A stretch of 64,000 nucleotides of DNA from Elusimicrobia bacterium GWC2_64_44 (GCA_001799845.1 MGUG01000044.1:20-64019), one strand, 5' to 3'. Counted from the stretch's first letter, positions 17,645 through 26,734 are shown. Notes: generated by a model not told the origin, from the letters alone. Translations and numbers: made by a program.

Positions 17645-19111
17645 CTATATACCGCTCATGATACCGCCAACAGACGACAGGCCGCTGCCGATAGACGACA
17701 GCGTGCCGCCAGCCGAACCCAGTACGCCGGGGGTAGTGACGCTGGTGGCGGGCGTCGTGCCGGAAGCCGCGGTGGTAGTAGTGGTGCTGCCCGCGCCACC
17801 TGCGTCGGAGCAGGCGCCGCCCAGGGCCTTTATGGCCTCGAGCATCAGCATCACACCGGTCAGGATGTAGATGCCGCCCATCATCTTCTGGTCGAACTTG
17901 CTGTACATCGCGAAACCGGCCATGATAACGGTGATAGCCTTAATGATGGCGAAGATGGCCGCTGCGGCCGCCAGCGCGGCGAAGATGACCTTGCCCCACG
18001 GGCCGCACATGTTGCCGATCTTGGAGAAGAGCTTGGCGAGCAGGATGGCGCCCAGGGCCCACATCATGCCGTTCATGGCCTTGTCTTCTTCGGCCTGCCA
18101 GGGGTCCACGTCCTCGGGCTTAGGCACCTTGGGGGGCGTGTACTCGTTGGAGCTCAGGCTGGGGTCGTTGCCCTTGAGGCCCGCGCCGTTGGACACGCCA
18201 GCGCCGCCCAGGCCCGCGCCGGCCGCGGGAGACCCGCTGTCGCCGCCGCTGGTCTCGCCGGTGAAGGCTTCGGTGGCGCTGGTGCGCGCGCCCGCGCCGT
18301 CGGCCGAGTAGGCCGCCTTGGCGCCCATCTTGCCGGCGAACTTGGCCTGGCCGTAAGCGCCCTTCTTATTGACGTTCGGAACCGCGTACTTAGGAGAGCT
18401 CTTGACCCGCGCCGCCGAGGCGGTCATGGCCGAGGTCTTGCCGGCGTTGGCCTGGGCCGGGGCCCTGTAAACAGGCTGGAACTGGGCGCCTATGCCGCCG
18501 GCCAGGCCGGCGCCGCCCTGCAGTTTGGGCATGGAGGACCCGCCGCCCGCGCCGCCGCCCTTGCTGCCGAAGCCGGCGTTAGCCTGCAGTTTGGGGCCGC
18601 CCGCGGCCGCCCCGCCCATGGCGGCGTCGCCGCCGGGAGCCGAAGGAGCCTCGGCAGAAGCGTCGGCGGAGGAATTGGCGGGATCGCCGGCCTCCGCGGA
18701 ACCGCTGCCCTCGCCGCCCTCGCCGCCGAGGCCGAGCCCGTCTTTCTTGGCCTGTTCCTTGAACATGTCGAGGGTTGAGGAAGCCGCGGCGGAAGCGTCG
18801 CGCGACTGCGCCCGCTCGACGCTGGCCCGGGAAGCCTCTTCTTCTATGTAAGTGTTCTGGAAGAGGTCGGGGTTATAAACCGGCTTGGAGGAGGGGCCCA
18901 CGAAGTTGTAGACCACGCCCACGCCCGCGGCAAGCGTAGCGCCGCCGAGCACCATGCCCAGTATGCCGGCTTTGCTGGCGAAAAGACCCGCGAGGCCGCC
19001 GCCGGAACCCAGCCCGGAGGAGGCGCCGCCGCCCACGACGGACGAGCCGCCGCTGCCGAAGAGCCCGCCTACGCCGGCTTTCTTTTCTTTTTTCTCGTTA
19101 TAATCGTTCAT
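17645..19111 (-). CDS. Island protein C: N-terminal anchor, G/S/A-rich loop, polytopic C-terminal membrane domain, Thr/Ser-rich tail; paralog of D
   Basis: An ATG follows the RBS GGGAGG (TTGGGAGGAGTTATGAACGA). MNDYNEKKEKK, TM ILGMVLGGATLAAGVGVVYNFV, motifs SSTLDMFKE, SSMPKLQGGAG and NDPSLSSNEYTPPKVPKPEDVDPW, then hydrophobic helices. Confidence 0.75.
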   Translation of the reverse strand: MNDYNEKKEKKAGVGGLFGSGGSSVVGGGASSGLGSGGGLAGLFASKAGILGMVLGGATLAAGVGVVYNFVGPSSKPVYNPDLFQNTYIEEEASRASVERAQSRDASAAASSTLDMFKEQAKKDGLGLGGEGGEGSGSAEAGDPANSSADASAEAPSAPGGDAAMGGAAAGGPKLQANAGFGSKGGGAGGGSSMPKLQGGAGLAGGIGAQFQPVYRAPAQANAGKTSAMTASAARVKSSPKYAVPNVNKKGAYGQAKFAGKMGAKAAYSADGAGARTSATEAFTGETSGGDSGSPAAGAGLGGAGVSNGAGLKGNDPSLSSNEYTPPKVPKPEDVDPWQAEEDKAMNGMMWALGAILLAKLFSKIGNMCGPWGKVIFAALAAAAAIFAIIKAITVIMAGFAMYSKFDQKMMGGIYILTGVMLMLEAIKALGGACSDAGGAGSTTTTTAASGTTPATSVTTPGVLGSAGGTLSSIGSGLSSVGGIMSGI

Positions 19112-19136
19112 AACTCCTCCCAATTTAAATACGGGG

Positions 19137-20075
19137 CTAGACAGCGGCGCCGAGGGGCCCGAAGACGGCGCCCAGGGCCATCTTCAGCACCATCTGTATT
19201 ATCATCATCTTTATCTGCTTCTTCATCTCTTCGCTTTCATCGGTAGCGTCCTCCGGCTTGGAGGGCGGGGTGATCTTGGTCTTGCTCAGGCTGGGATCGT
19301 TCTTCTTGAGATCCTGGGCGGTCTGGCCCATCTGCAGGCCGGCCAGCGCGGTGTTCTGCTCCATCTGGCCGTTGAGGTTCTCGCCGGTGGGGCCCTTGGC
19401 CGAGTTGGCGAAGGCCGAAGCCGCCCCGCCCTTGGCCTGGTCCATGTTGCCGGTCTTCACGGCGGACTCGCTCTTCTGGGCGCTGTTGCCGAGCATGGCC
19501 ACCAGGGAATTCTTTTTGTCCACCGCGGCCGGCTTCAGGTCGGCTTTGGTCGTGGGGGCGAACTCGGCCTTCTGGGCGCCGGAGCCGAAGAACTTGTTAT
19601 GCATGCCGCCGGCCGTCATGGAATTGGAGTTGCCGCCGGTGATGGAGGCCGCTGAGGCCAGCTTGCCGCCCTTGGGGCCAGCGGCCGAAGGGGCGCCGGC
19701 GGAGCCGGAAGGAGGCGGCGCCACGGGAGCGGAGGCCGAAGCGTCGGAAGAGGCGGCGGCGTCCGCGGTCTCCTCTTCGAGGGGGCCTGACTGGAAGAGG
19801 GAGGAAGCTATGTTCTCGCCGGAGGTGGCGGGGTTGTTTATCATCTCGCCGGAGAGCGGGGAACCGGGGGCGCCGCCCTCGGAAGAGATGTCGCTGCCCA
19901 GCATGCCGATGTCGGCCACCTTGGAGCGGAACGGGTTGCCGGCCGAAACGTTAGAATCCAGAGAGGAGCCGCTCATCAGGGGGAGGCCTATCCAGAGCGC
20001 GAGCATAATGACCGCCACAGTGCCGCCGATAGCATACTGCGTCGACTTGCTCTTTTTGTTTTGGAATTTCATCAT
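19137..20075 (-). CDS. Island protein B: N-terminal TM, S/A/G-rich loop, single C-terminal hydrophobic helix; related to C/D
   Basis: 312 aa. MMKFQNKKSKS, then TM GGTVAVIMLALWIGLPL. Motif KKNDPSLSKTKITPPSKPED, then MMIIQMVLKMALGAVFGPLGAAV. Confidence 0.7.
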   Translation of the reverse strand: MMKFQNKKSKSTQYAIGGTVAVIMLALWIGLPLMSGSSLDSNVSAGNPFRSKVADIGMLGSDISSEGGAPGSPLSGEMINNPATSGENIASSLFQSGPLEEETADAAASSDASASAPVAPPPSGSAGAPSAAGPKGGKLASAASITGGNSNSMTAGGMHNKFFGSGAQKAEFAPTTKADLKPAAVDKKNSLVAMLGNSAQKSESAVKTGNMDQAKGGAASAFANSAKGPTGENLNGQMEQNTALAGLQMGQTAQDLKKNDPSLSKTKITPPSKPEDATDESEEMKKQIKMMIIQMVLKMALGAVFGPLGAAV

Positions 20076-20173
20076 AACCCCGCCTCTTTATCCCGTTCGC
20101 CGCACCCAAAATAACTTTAAACTTTTCCTGACACAGCCCCCGGGGCGTTCAGGTCAAAGTTGATTACAGTGAT

Positions 20174-20202
20174 GTTATAGCAGACAAAAGTTGACTTGTC
20201 AA
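20174..20202 (-). promoter_or_regulatory. Sigma70-type promoter upstream of island gene B (TTGACA-17-TATAAC, extended -10 TGc)
   Basis: Minus strand TTGACAagtcaacttttgtcTGcTATAAC. Shares the 12-nt block TTTTGTCTGCTA with the gene A promoter. Confidence 0.55.
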
Positions 20203-20224
20203 GGGCACCGCTCACAGCCGGCCC

Positions 20225-21475
20225 TTACTTCGGCTTCTCCGTCACCAGCAGGTCCATGACATTTCCTTTCTCGTCATAGGTGACCTTATCATTATAAGAG
20301 ATAACAGTGCCGTCAGCGTTGGTCTGCTCTCCCTTGAATTCGCAGGTGAAAGTGGGCGGCGGCCCCTGGTTGACGGTAATGGCCCGGCTGGAGTCCTTGT
20401 ACTTGTCCCCGCCCTCGGTGGTGCAGCCCTGCCCGCAGGTCACATCGTTTATGGAATTCTGCACACCCTCCGGCAGCTGGTCCATGCCATTGCCGGTGCC
20501 GGTGCCGGTGCCAGCTCCGGTGCCGGTGCCGGCGCCCGTGCCGGTGCCGCCCTTGCCCATGGCGTCTTCCGCAGCTTTGATCGCGGCCGCGGCGGCTTCT
20601 TTCTTCATATCAGCTTCGGCCTTGTCTTTGGCGGACTGCTGAACCTTGGCGTCCTCGCCCAGGGCTTTCTTGGTGCCGTCCTCGTCCTTCACAGGGTTGC
20701 TTACCTCGGTAGTTTTCAGGCCGCCCTTCTTATCCATCTTCAGGTCGGCTATGTCGCCGCTCTTGATCTTGTCCAGGTTCACCAGGCCGCTCTTGTAGGA
20801 CATGTCGCCGCCGCCGCGGTTGCTGCCGCTGCCCAGGCCGAAGCTCTGGTTCCATTTGGCGCTGGCGGTCATGGCCGAGCCGGAGCGGAGGCCTTCGCCC
20901 AGCAGCGCCCGCGTATTCTTCAGGGTAGCCAGCGTGCCTTTGCCTTCGCCGCCGCCGGCGCCGGACTGGGATTTATTGGAAATCGAGGTGGTACCGGCCG
21001 CCGAGCCTTCGCCGAACCTGGTAGCCGAGCCGGCGGACTTGGAGCCGCCGCCGCCCCCACCGGCCAGGCCGGAGCCCCCGCCGCCCTGCATCTTGGGCAC
21101 CACGGCAGGAGAGGCGGACCGGGAAGAACTGCCGGAGGCCGAGGCCGCCGGGGCTTTGTCCATCCAGTCGGACATGTCGGGGTTGGTGGCCGCTATCCCC
21201 AGCTCGTCCAGCGGCAGGCCGCGGCTGGCGTTGCGGGCCAAGGCCGCTTCGGAAAGCTTGGGTTCATCTTCCGGAATGACGCCCATGGACTTGAAGAAAG
21301 AAGTCACGCCTTCCCTGGCGGCGCTGCCGTAAGTGAAGTTCTGGTTCTTGCCGGCCCTGGTCAGGTCGTTGGAACCCTGCACGATGAAGAAGAGGAAGAT
21401 GCCGCCGCCGGCGAAAAGGAAGGCCAGCACTGAAACTATCAGCGTCTTCCTCCGGTTGCTGGAATTGTCCTGCAT
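20225..21475 (-). CDS. Island protein A: N-terminal TM anchor, G/S/A-rich disordered region with (GT)n tract, small 4-Cys C-terminal domain; no family recognised
   Basis: Preferred start is MQDNSSNRRKTLIVSVLAFLFAGGGIFLFFIV. Has the VVPKMQGGGGSGLAGGG motif and a GTGTGAGTGTGAGTGTGTGNG tract. C-terminus ...VTCGQGCTTEGG...FTCEFKGEQTNADGTVISYNDKVTYDEKGNVM. Confidence 0.7.
   Translation of the reverse strand: MQDNSSNRRKTLIVSVLAFLFAGGGIFLFFIVQGSNDLTRAGKNQNFTYGSAAREGVTSFFKSMGVIPEDEPKLSEAALARNASRGLPLDELGIAATNPDMSDWMDKAPAASASGSSSRSASPAVVPKMQGGGGSGLAGGGGGGSKSAGSATRFGEGSAAGTTSISNKSQSGAGGGEGKGTLATLKNTRALLGEGLRSGSAMTASAKWNQSFGLGSGSNRGGGDMSYKSGLVNLDKIKSGDIADLKMDKKGGLKTTEVSNPVKDEDGTKKALGEDAKVQQSAKDKAEADMKKEAAAAAIKAAEDAMGKGGTGTGAGTGTGAGTGTGTGNGMDQLPEGVQNSINDVTCGQGCTTEGGDKYKDSSRAITVNQGPPPTFTCEFKGEQTNADGTVISYNDKVTYDEKGNVMDLLVTEKPK
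20489..20549 (-). repeat. Coding hexanucleotide (GGTGCC)n repeat in gene A encoding (GT)n
   Basis: TGCCGGTGCCGGTGCCGGTGCCAGCTCCGGTGCCGGTGCCGGCGCCCGTGCCGGTGCC. In frame. Confidence 0.7.
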
Positions 21476-21570
21476 AACGGCCCCCTGTCTGTATATGAGC
21501 AAAAAATAGATTCCCGTTTTTCACCCTTCCCTTGGCCGGGAAACTGAAAAAGCAGGTTTCTTACACTTAG

Positions 21571-21599
21571 AGTGTAGCAGACAAAACCGCTATTTTCAA
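21571..21599 (-). promoter_or_regulatory. Sigma70-type promoter upstream of island gene A (TTGAAA-17-TACACT, extended -10 TGc)
   Basis: Minus strand TTGAAAatagcggttttgtcTGcTACACT, directly after the fprA terminator. Confidence 0.5.
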
Positions 21600-21613
21600 G
21601 GGGTGCCGGAAAA

Positions 21614-21646
21614 GAAAAAAAACCCCGGCTGACCGGGGCTTTTTTA
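21614..21646 (-). terminator. Rho-independent terminator after the flavodiiron gene (bidirectional-looking)
   Basis: AAAAAAAACCCCGG-CTGA-CCGGGGCTTTTTT. Confidence 0.75.
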
Positions 21647-21678
21647 CGCTTCGAGGCCCTCTAGCGGCACGACGGACG

Positions 21679-22866
21679 CTAGCTCACGGCCGAGCAGGAC
21701 TGCAGGGCCTTGTGCTTCTCCGCTATTGTGGCGGCCAACTCGTCAACCAACTGCAGGTCGGCCTCCGTGGGCAGGCCTTTTACCAGCACCGGCTTGAGCA
21801 CCTCGGCCTTGATATTGGGGATGAGCCCGGCTATGGTCTCCACGGCCCTGCCGCCCCAGCCGTAAGAACCGATGACGGACACATACTTGGCCTTGGGGCG
21901 CAGGAGGTTGGCCAGGTGCGCCGCGTAAACGGCCTTCGGGTGCGCGCCGGCCAGCACGGTCGGCGTGCCGATGACGATGGTCGCCGCGTCCACCAGCGAC
22001 ATCGCCACGCGGCCCTCGTCGAACTGGTCCAGGTTGAGCTTCTCCACGCAGACCCCGGCCTCCTGCAGGCGGCTGACCAGCCGGTTGACCAGCATATAGG
22101 TGCTGCCGTGCATGGAGATGTAGGCCACTACCGCCTTGTTGAGCGGCTCGCTGACGGCCCAATCCCTGTAAATATCCATGATGAACTTCGGGTTCTGGTG
22201 CACCGGGCCATGGCTCGGGGCGATGAACCGGATGTCGTACTTCGCCAGCTTTTCCAGGTGGCTCTTTATGTTGGAGCGGAACGGCATCATGATCTCGGCG
22301 AAATAGCGCTTCATGGGCTCGTAGACCACGTGCTCTTCCGAGAACAGCGCGCTCGTAGCGAGGTGCGAGCCGAAGAAGTCGCAGGAAAAAAGGACTTTTT
22401 CCTCGCGCAGGTAAGTGCCCATCGTCTCGGGCCAGTGCACCCAGGGCAGGTAGACGAACTCCAGCGTATGGCCTCCCAGCGAGAGCGTCTCCCCGTCCTT
22501 CACCTCTATGAATTTGTCGGCCGGGATGTGCAGGTGCGTCATCAGGAACTCTTTGCACTTGGGGTTGGTGACCACCTTGGCGGCCGGGTATTTCTCCAGC
22601 ACCAGCGGGATAGAACCGGAATGGTCCTGCTCGGCGTGGTGGGAGATCACGTAATCTATCTTCTTTTCGTCCTTGAGGTAGTCGAACAGGGCCGCCGCTT
22701 TCTCCGGGTCGGCCGAGTCGAACAGCGCGGTCTTCTCCGTGCCTTTAACGAGGTAGGCGTTGTAGCTGGTCCCCTCGGGCAGCGGGATCAGCGAGTCGAA
22801 GAGCCGCCGGTTGAAGTGGTTCACGCGCAGCGAGTACACGTCGTTGGTTATTAGTTCAGGTTTCAT
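21679..22866 (-). CDS. fprA: Flavodiiron protein (FprA-type; metallo-beta-lactamase-like plus flavodoxin-like domains)
   Basis: 395 aa. Diiron motif HHAEQDHSG. The C-terminal flavodoxin-like part reads AVVAYISMHGSTY. Confidence 0.85.
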   Translation of the reverse strand: MKPELITNDVYSLRVNHFNRRLFDSLIPLPEGTSYNAYLVKGTEKTALFDSADPEKAAALFDYLKDEKKIDYVISHHAEQDHSGSIPLVLEKYPAAKVVTNPKCKEFLMTHLHIPADKFIEVKDGETLSLGGHTLEFVYLPWVHWPETMGTYLREEKVLFSCDFFGSHLATSALFSEEHVVYEPMKRYFAEIMMPFRSNIKSHLEKLAKYDIRFIAPSHGPVHQNPKFIMDIYRDWAVSEPLNKAVVAYISMHGSTYMLVNRLVSRLQEAGVCVEKLNLDQFDEGRVAMSLVDAATIVIGTPTVLAGAHPKAVYAAHLANLLRPKAKYVSVIGSYGWGGRAVETIAGLIPNIKAEVLKPVLVKGLPTEADLQLVDELAATIAEKHKALQSCSAVS

Positions 22867-22886
22867 GAATACCTCCGTCTGCAGCT

Positions 22887-24242
22887 TCAGGGAAGGGCCG
22901 CCAGCAGCTGGCCGGCGAACTCCGCCAGCGTGGCGTCGCGCGCGCCGATCACGGCCACTATGTCGCCGGGGCGCGCGGTCTTCGAGATCACGGCGGGAAT
23001 GTCCGCGCGGCTCTCGTAGAAAGCGGCCTTGTGGCCGCGGGCCGCTACCGCGTCGGCGATGTCCTTCGAGGAAATGTTCTTGGTCACGGTGCCGCCGGCG
23101 TAATAGATCTCGGGCATGATCAGCTGGTCGCCGGGGTTCAGCCCGGCGGCGAAGCTCTCTATCAGCTCGGCCTTCAGGTGCCGCGTCGGGGTGAAGCCGT
23201 GGGGCTGGTAGACGGCCAGCACGCGCCGGCCCGGGGCCTGGTGCAACGCCGTCAGCAGCGCGGCTATCTTGGCGGGGTTGTGGGCGTAATCGTCTATGAC
23301 GGTCACGCCGTTCTTCTCCCCCACCAGCACGAAGCGCCGTTCTACGCCGCGGAAATTCTTCAGCCCGGCGGCGCAGGCCTGCAGGGACACGCCGTAGCCG
23401 GCGGCCGCAGCGCAGGCGGCCAGGGCGTTCTCGATATTATAGCGGCCGGGCGCGGGCAGCTCGAAGGGCACGCCGTTGACGCTGAAGGAAGAGGAGAAAG
23501 GCGCCAGCTTTACATCCGAGACCTTCCAGCCGCCGGCGTCGAAACCGAACTTCTCGGCCCCGGGCAGCACGGCCAGCGCGGGGGCGTCGTCGGCGTTGAC
23601 CAGGACGCGGCCGCAGTGGGATGCGAACTCGGCGAAGATCCCGTTAAGCACCTCCACGTCCTTGTGGTCTTTGCTGATATTGAGGAGCACTCCCGTCCTG
23701 GGGCGGTAGCGCACGATGGTGCCGTCGGACTCGTCCGCCTCCACCACCAGCAGCCGGCCCTTGCCGCGGAAGGCGTTGCCGATCAGGCCCCGCTCCTGCA
23801 GCGCCACCAGCGCCCCGCCGGTGATGATGGAAGGCTCCAGGCCGCCGGCCTCCAGCGCCGCGAACAGCAAGGCGGCGACGGTGGATTTGCCGCTGGTGCC
23901 GGCCACGGCTATGGTGTCGAGATCGTTGACGCGCGCGGCCAGCAGCTCTGAGCGGTGGCTGATCTTCACGCCGAACTCTTTGGCGCGGAGAACTTCCGGA
24001 TTGGTATCCTCTATGGCGGTGGAGAGCGCGAGTTCCGCGGTGCCGGGGCCTACGCCCGAGCCGTCCTGCGGGAATATCTTCACGCCGAGCTTCAGCAGGG
24101 CCTCTTTCACGCCCAGGTTGCGGCCGCGGTCGAAGTCGCGGTCCGAGCCGCTGACGGCGCGGCCCTCCATGGCCGAGGCCTGCGCCAGCGCGCTCATGCC
24201 TACGCCGCCGATGCCGGAAAAATGCATGGTCCCTGTTGTCAC
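22887..24242 (-). CDS. murC: Mur ligase family protein, MurC-like (UDP-N-acetylmuramate--L-alanine ligase or Mpl-type)
   Basis: N-terminus MHFSGIGGVGMSALA...GRAVSGSD and P-loop GTSGKSTV. The start may be the ATG at 24227 rather than the GTG at 24242. MurC and Mpl cannot be separated by eye. Confidence 0.7.
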   Translation of the reverse strand: MTTGTMHFSGIGGVGMSALAQASAMEGRAVSGSDRDFDRGRNLGVKEALLKLGVKIFPQDGSGVGPGTAELALSTAIEDTNPEVLRAKEFGVKISHRSELLAARVNDLDTIAVAGTSGKSTVAALLFAALEAGGLEPSIITGGALVALQERGLIGNAFRGKGRLLVVEADESDGTIVRYRPRTGVLLNISKDHKDVEVLNGIFAEFASHCGRVLVNADDAPALAVLPGAEKFGFDAGGWKVSDVKLAPFSSSFSVNGVPFELPAPGRYNIENALAACAAAAGYGVSLQACAAGLKNFRGVERRFVLVGEKNGVTVIDDYAHNPAKIAALLTALHQAPGRRVLAVYQPHGFTPTRHLKAELIESFAAGLNPGDQLIMPEIYYAGGTVTKNISSKDIADAVAARGHKAAFYESRADIPAVISKTARPGDIVAVIGARDATLAEFAGQLLAALP

Positions 24243-24329
24243 AAGGTAATTATTGATAATTATGCGCTGGCAGGCAAGACGCCGGCCCGTTACCGCGCCG
24301 CGGCCGGGCGGCCGCGGCGGAAGGCAGCC

Positions 24330-25985
24330 CTAAACCCACATCGTGCCGTCTTCGGACCCCTGCGTGTCGCCGCCGTCATCGGGATCTTCTCCCTGCTGGT
24401 CTTCTGCAGGGGTCTCGGGCGGGGCGGCCGGCTTGGGCATCTTGATGGTCTCGCCGAAGGAGACCGTGTAGGGAACCCATTTCTTATCGACGTATTTCAG
24501 CGACAGCTGCACCCTGGCTCCGTCGGCCGTGTGCATGGTGATGTAGCCCATCTTGATCTCGTGGTCGGCGCAGACCTCCCTGGCCTTGCTGCAGGGCGTG
24601 AACAGCATGTCGGTCATGCCGCCGTACTGGTTCTCTACCTGCCGCAGGAAGGTGTGCACTTCGGTCTTGAGCTCCTTCTTGCGGTCCGCTGAAAGTTTGG
24701 AGAACTTCTCCGGGTCAGGCTTTTCCTCAGGCTGCTCCTCTCCGTCGGCCAGCGCCATCTTCAGCTGGGGCGGCTTGATAAGGGCGCCGGAGCGCAGCTG
24801 CGCCGCCGGCGGCTTTGCCGCGGCGTCCTCCTCCCTGATAAAACTGGTCTCGGCACCCTTCTGGCGCTCGTTCATCAGCGTCTTCAGGAAGTCCGGCTCT
24901 TCTTCCGCCGGAGGCGCGGCGGCGGCCGTGACCACGGCTCCGCGGGAGGAGGAGGGCCGAAAATTCCAGCCGGAAGACTTGGAGGAGTCGGAAGAGGAAG
25001 CGTCCTTAGTGTCCTTAGCGTCCTTCGCGTCCTTCCCGCCGGCCGCCGCGTCGCCGCTCTTGCCGTCGGCCCCCACTTCCTTGGCGGCGGAAGCCGCGGG
25101 CACGCCGCCGCCGCCGGCGGCAGAAGCGCCGGCCGCGGCCGCCGCGGAGGCGCCGCCCGACATCTTGGAATTATAGCTGCCCTCGGCGCCGGTGCGGGCC
25201 TGCTCCGACGCGCCGTTCAGGTCGACCGCGCCCTTCTGGCCGGGCATCTCGGACAGGCTGCCGCCTTTTCCCGGCTTCTCGCCCTGGGTCAACGGATTGG
25301 AAAACGGTCCGTCGGGAGAGCCGCCGGAAGGCAGGGAGGCCAGCTGCGGGCCGGCTGCGTCCTGCTTGCCGCCCTTGCGGCCGGGATACTTTACCCAGTC
25401 GCCGGAGGCGTCCTCCACAGAGGGGCGGGCGGGCCTGGGAGCGCGGCCCGCGGCCGCCTCTTCCCCGGCGCTTTCCTTTGCGGAAGCCTTGGGCGCAGAG
25501 CCGCCGCCGGAAGGGAGGCCGTCGTCGCCGCCGCCCCCGCCGCCGGAACTGCCCCAGGAGCCGCCCGAGGAACCGCCGAAGCCGCCGAAGCCGCCGCCCG
25601 AAGAGGCGGAGGCGCCGGTACCCTTGCCGTAGTTGCGGTTATAGAAATCCTCGAAAGGGTCTTTCTCGTCGGCCTCTTCGCCGGGCGCGTCCTGGCCGGC
25701 GGAAGCTGTCAGCGGCCCGGCCGCGGGCGCGTCGTCGCCCCAGGAAAAGAGATCGTCCACCAGGCCGCCGGTCTTGTCGGCTATGCTCTGTGCCCCGCGC
25801 TTGAAGTTGGCGGCCAGGCCCGGCTCGGGCGGCGGCTCCGGCGCTTTGCGCGAGCCGAAGCCGTACTCCATGCCGCGGACCTGGCGCTTGGCCGTGCCCA
25901 CGTGGGCCACGGCAAAGAAGCTGGCGACCAGCATGGCGCACAAGCCCAGGACTATCATGTGCGTAGGCTGTAAAGTGTTCTTCAT
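24330..25985 (-). CDS. Island-like protein G: N-terminal TM anchor, ~400 aa G/S/A/P/D-rich disordered region, ~120-aa folded C-terminal domain; no family recognised
   Basis: Preferred start is MKNTLQPTHMIVLGLCAMLVASFFAV. Contains GGGFGGFGGSSGGSWGSSGGGGGGDD and KDAKDAKDTKD tracts. The C-terminal part reads ...HTFLRQVENQYGGMTDMLFTPCSKAREVCADHEIKMGYITMHTADGARVQLSLKYVDKKWVPYTVSFGE. Confidence 0.65.
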   Translation of the reverse strand: MKNTLQPTHMIVLGLCAMLVASFFAVAHVGTAKRQVRGMEYGFGSRKAPEPPPEPGLAANFKRGAQSIADKTGGLVDDLFSWGDDAPAAGPLTASAGQDAPGEEADEKDPFEDFYNRNYGKGTGASASSGGGFGGFGGSSGGSWGSSGGGGGGDDGLPSGGGSAPKASAKESAGEEAAAGRAPRPARPSVEDASGDWVKYPGRKGGKQDAAGPQLASLPSGGSPDGPFSNPLTQGEKPGKGGSLSEMPGQKGAVDLNGASEQARTGAEGSYNSKMSGGASAAAAAGASAAGGGGVPAASAAKEVGADGKSGDAAAGGKDAKDAKDTKDASSSDSSKSSGWNFRPSSSRGAVVTAAAAPPAEEEPDFLKTLMNERQKGAETSFIREEDAAAKPPAAQLRSGALIKPPQLKMALADGEEQPEEKPDPEKFSKLSADRKKELKTEVHTFLRQVENQYGGMTDMLFTPCSKAREVCADHEIKMGYITMHTADGARVQLSLKYVDKKWVPYTVSFGETIKMPKPAAPPETPAEDQQGEDPDDGGDTQGSEDGTMWV

Positions 25986-26133
25986 AGGATCCCTCTGTGC
26001 GCGGGGGCCGTCCCTCCGCAAGGATAGTATAGACGCTTTTTGCGCTTTTCGCCAGTCCCCCCCTCTGATTATCCGTACGGGGCACGGGCGGCGCTACTTC
26101 GTAATTTGATAATATATTTACAGGGTAGGCCCC

Positions 26134-26331
26134 ATGGACTGCAATAAAAACTCGAACACAAAGAACTGTTCCTGCACCTACGAGCCCTGTTCGCGCAAGG
26201 GCGTCTGCTGCGACTGCGTGGCCTACCACCGCGGCAACGGCGAACTGCCCGGCTGCTTCTTTACCCCGGCCGGGGAGCGCACCTACGACCGCTCCGTGGA
26301 AAATTTCATCCGCACGCACAAAAAGGACTGA
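26134..26331 (+). CDS. Small cysteine-rich protein (65 aa, 7 Cys); resembles a conserved uncharacterised Cys-rich family
   Basis: MDCNKNSNTKNCSCTYEPCSRKGVCCDCVAYHRGNGELPGCFF... The stop lies 2 nt before the ridA start. Confidence 0.55.
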   Translation: MDCNKNSNTKNCSCTYEPCSRKGVCCDCVAYHRGNGELPGCFFTPAGERTYDRSVENFIRTHKKD

Positions 26332-26333
26332 CC

Positions 26334-26711
26334 ATGAAAAAGATCATTTCCACCCGTAACGCCCCGGCCGCCATCGGCCCCTACTCCCAGGCCGTGGAGG
26401 CCGGCGGCCTGCTCTTCATCTCCGGCCAGCTGCCGCTGGACCCGGCGACGGGGACCATGGCCCCGGCCGAGATCAAGGCCCAGACCGAGGCCGTGCTGAA
26501 GAACCTGGAGGGAGTCCTCAAGTCCGAGGGCCTCTCGCTGGAGCACGTTTTGAAGACCACCGTCTTCATGGCCGACCTCGGCCAATTCGCCGCGATGAAC
26601 GAGGTCTACGGCAAATTCTTTTCAGCCAACCCGCCGGCGCGCGCCACGGTGGAGGTCAAAGCCCTCCCCAAGGCCGCCCTGGTGGAGATCGAGGCGGTCG
26701 CCGCGCGCTGA
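26334..26711 (+). CDS. ridA: RidA/YjgF family reactive-intermediate deaminase
   Basis: 125 aa. APAAIGPYSQAV...ISGQLPLDP...ARATVEVKALPKAALVEIEAVA. Confidence 0.9.
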   Translation: MKKIISTRNAPAAIGPYSQAVEAGGLLFISGQLPLDPATGTMAPAEIKAQTEAVLKNLEGVLKSEGLSLEHVLKTTVFMADLGQFAAMNEVYGKFFSANPPARATVEVKALPKAALVEIEAVAAR

Positions 26712-26734
26712 GGCCGGAGAAGGCGCAAGGACCT

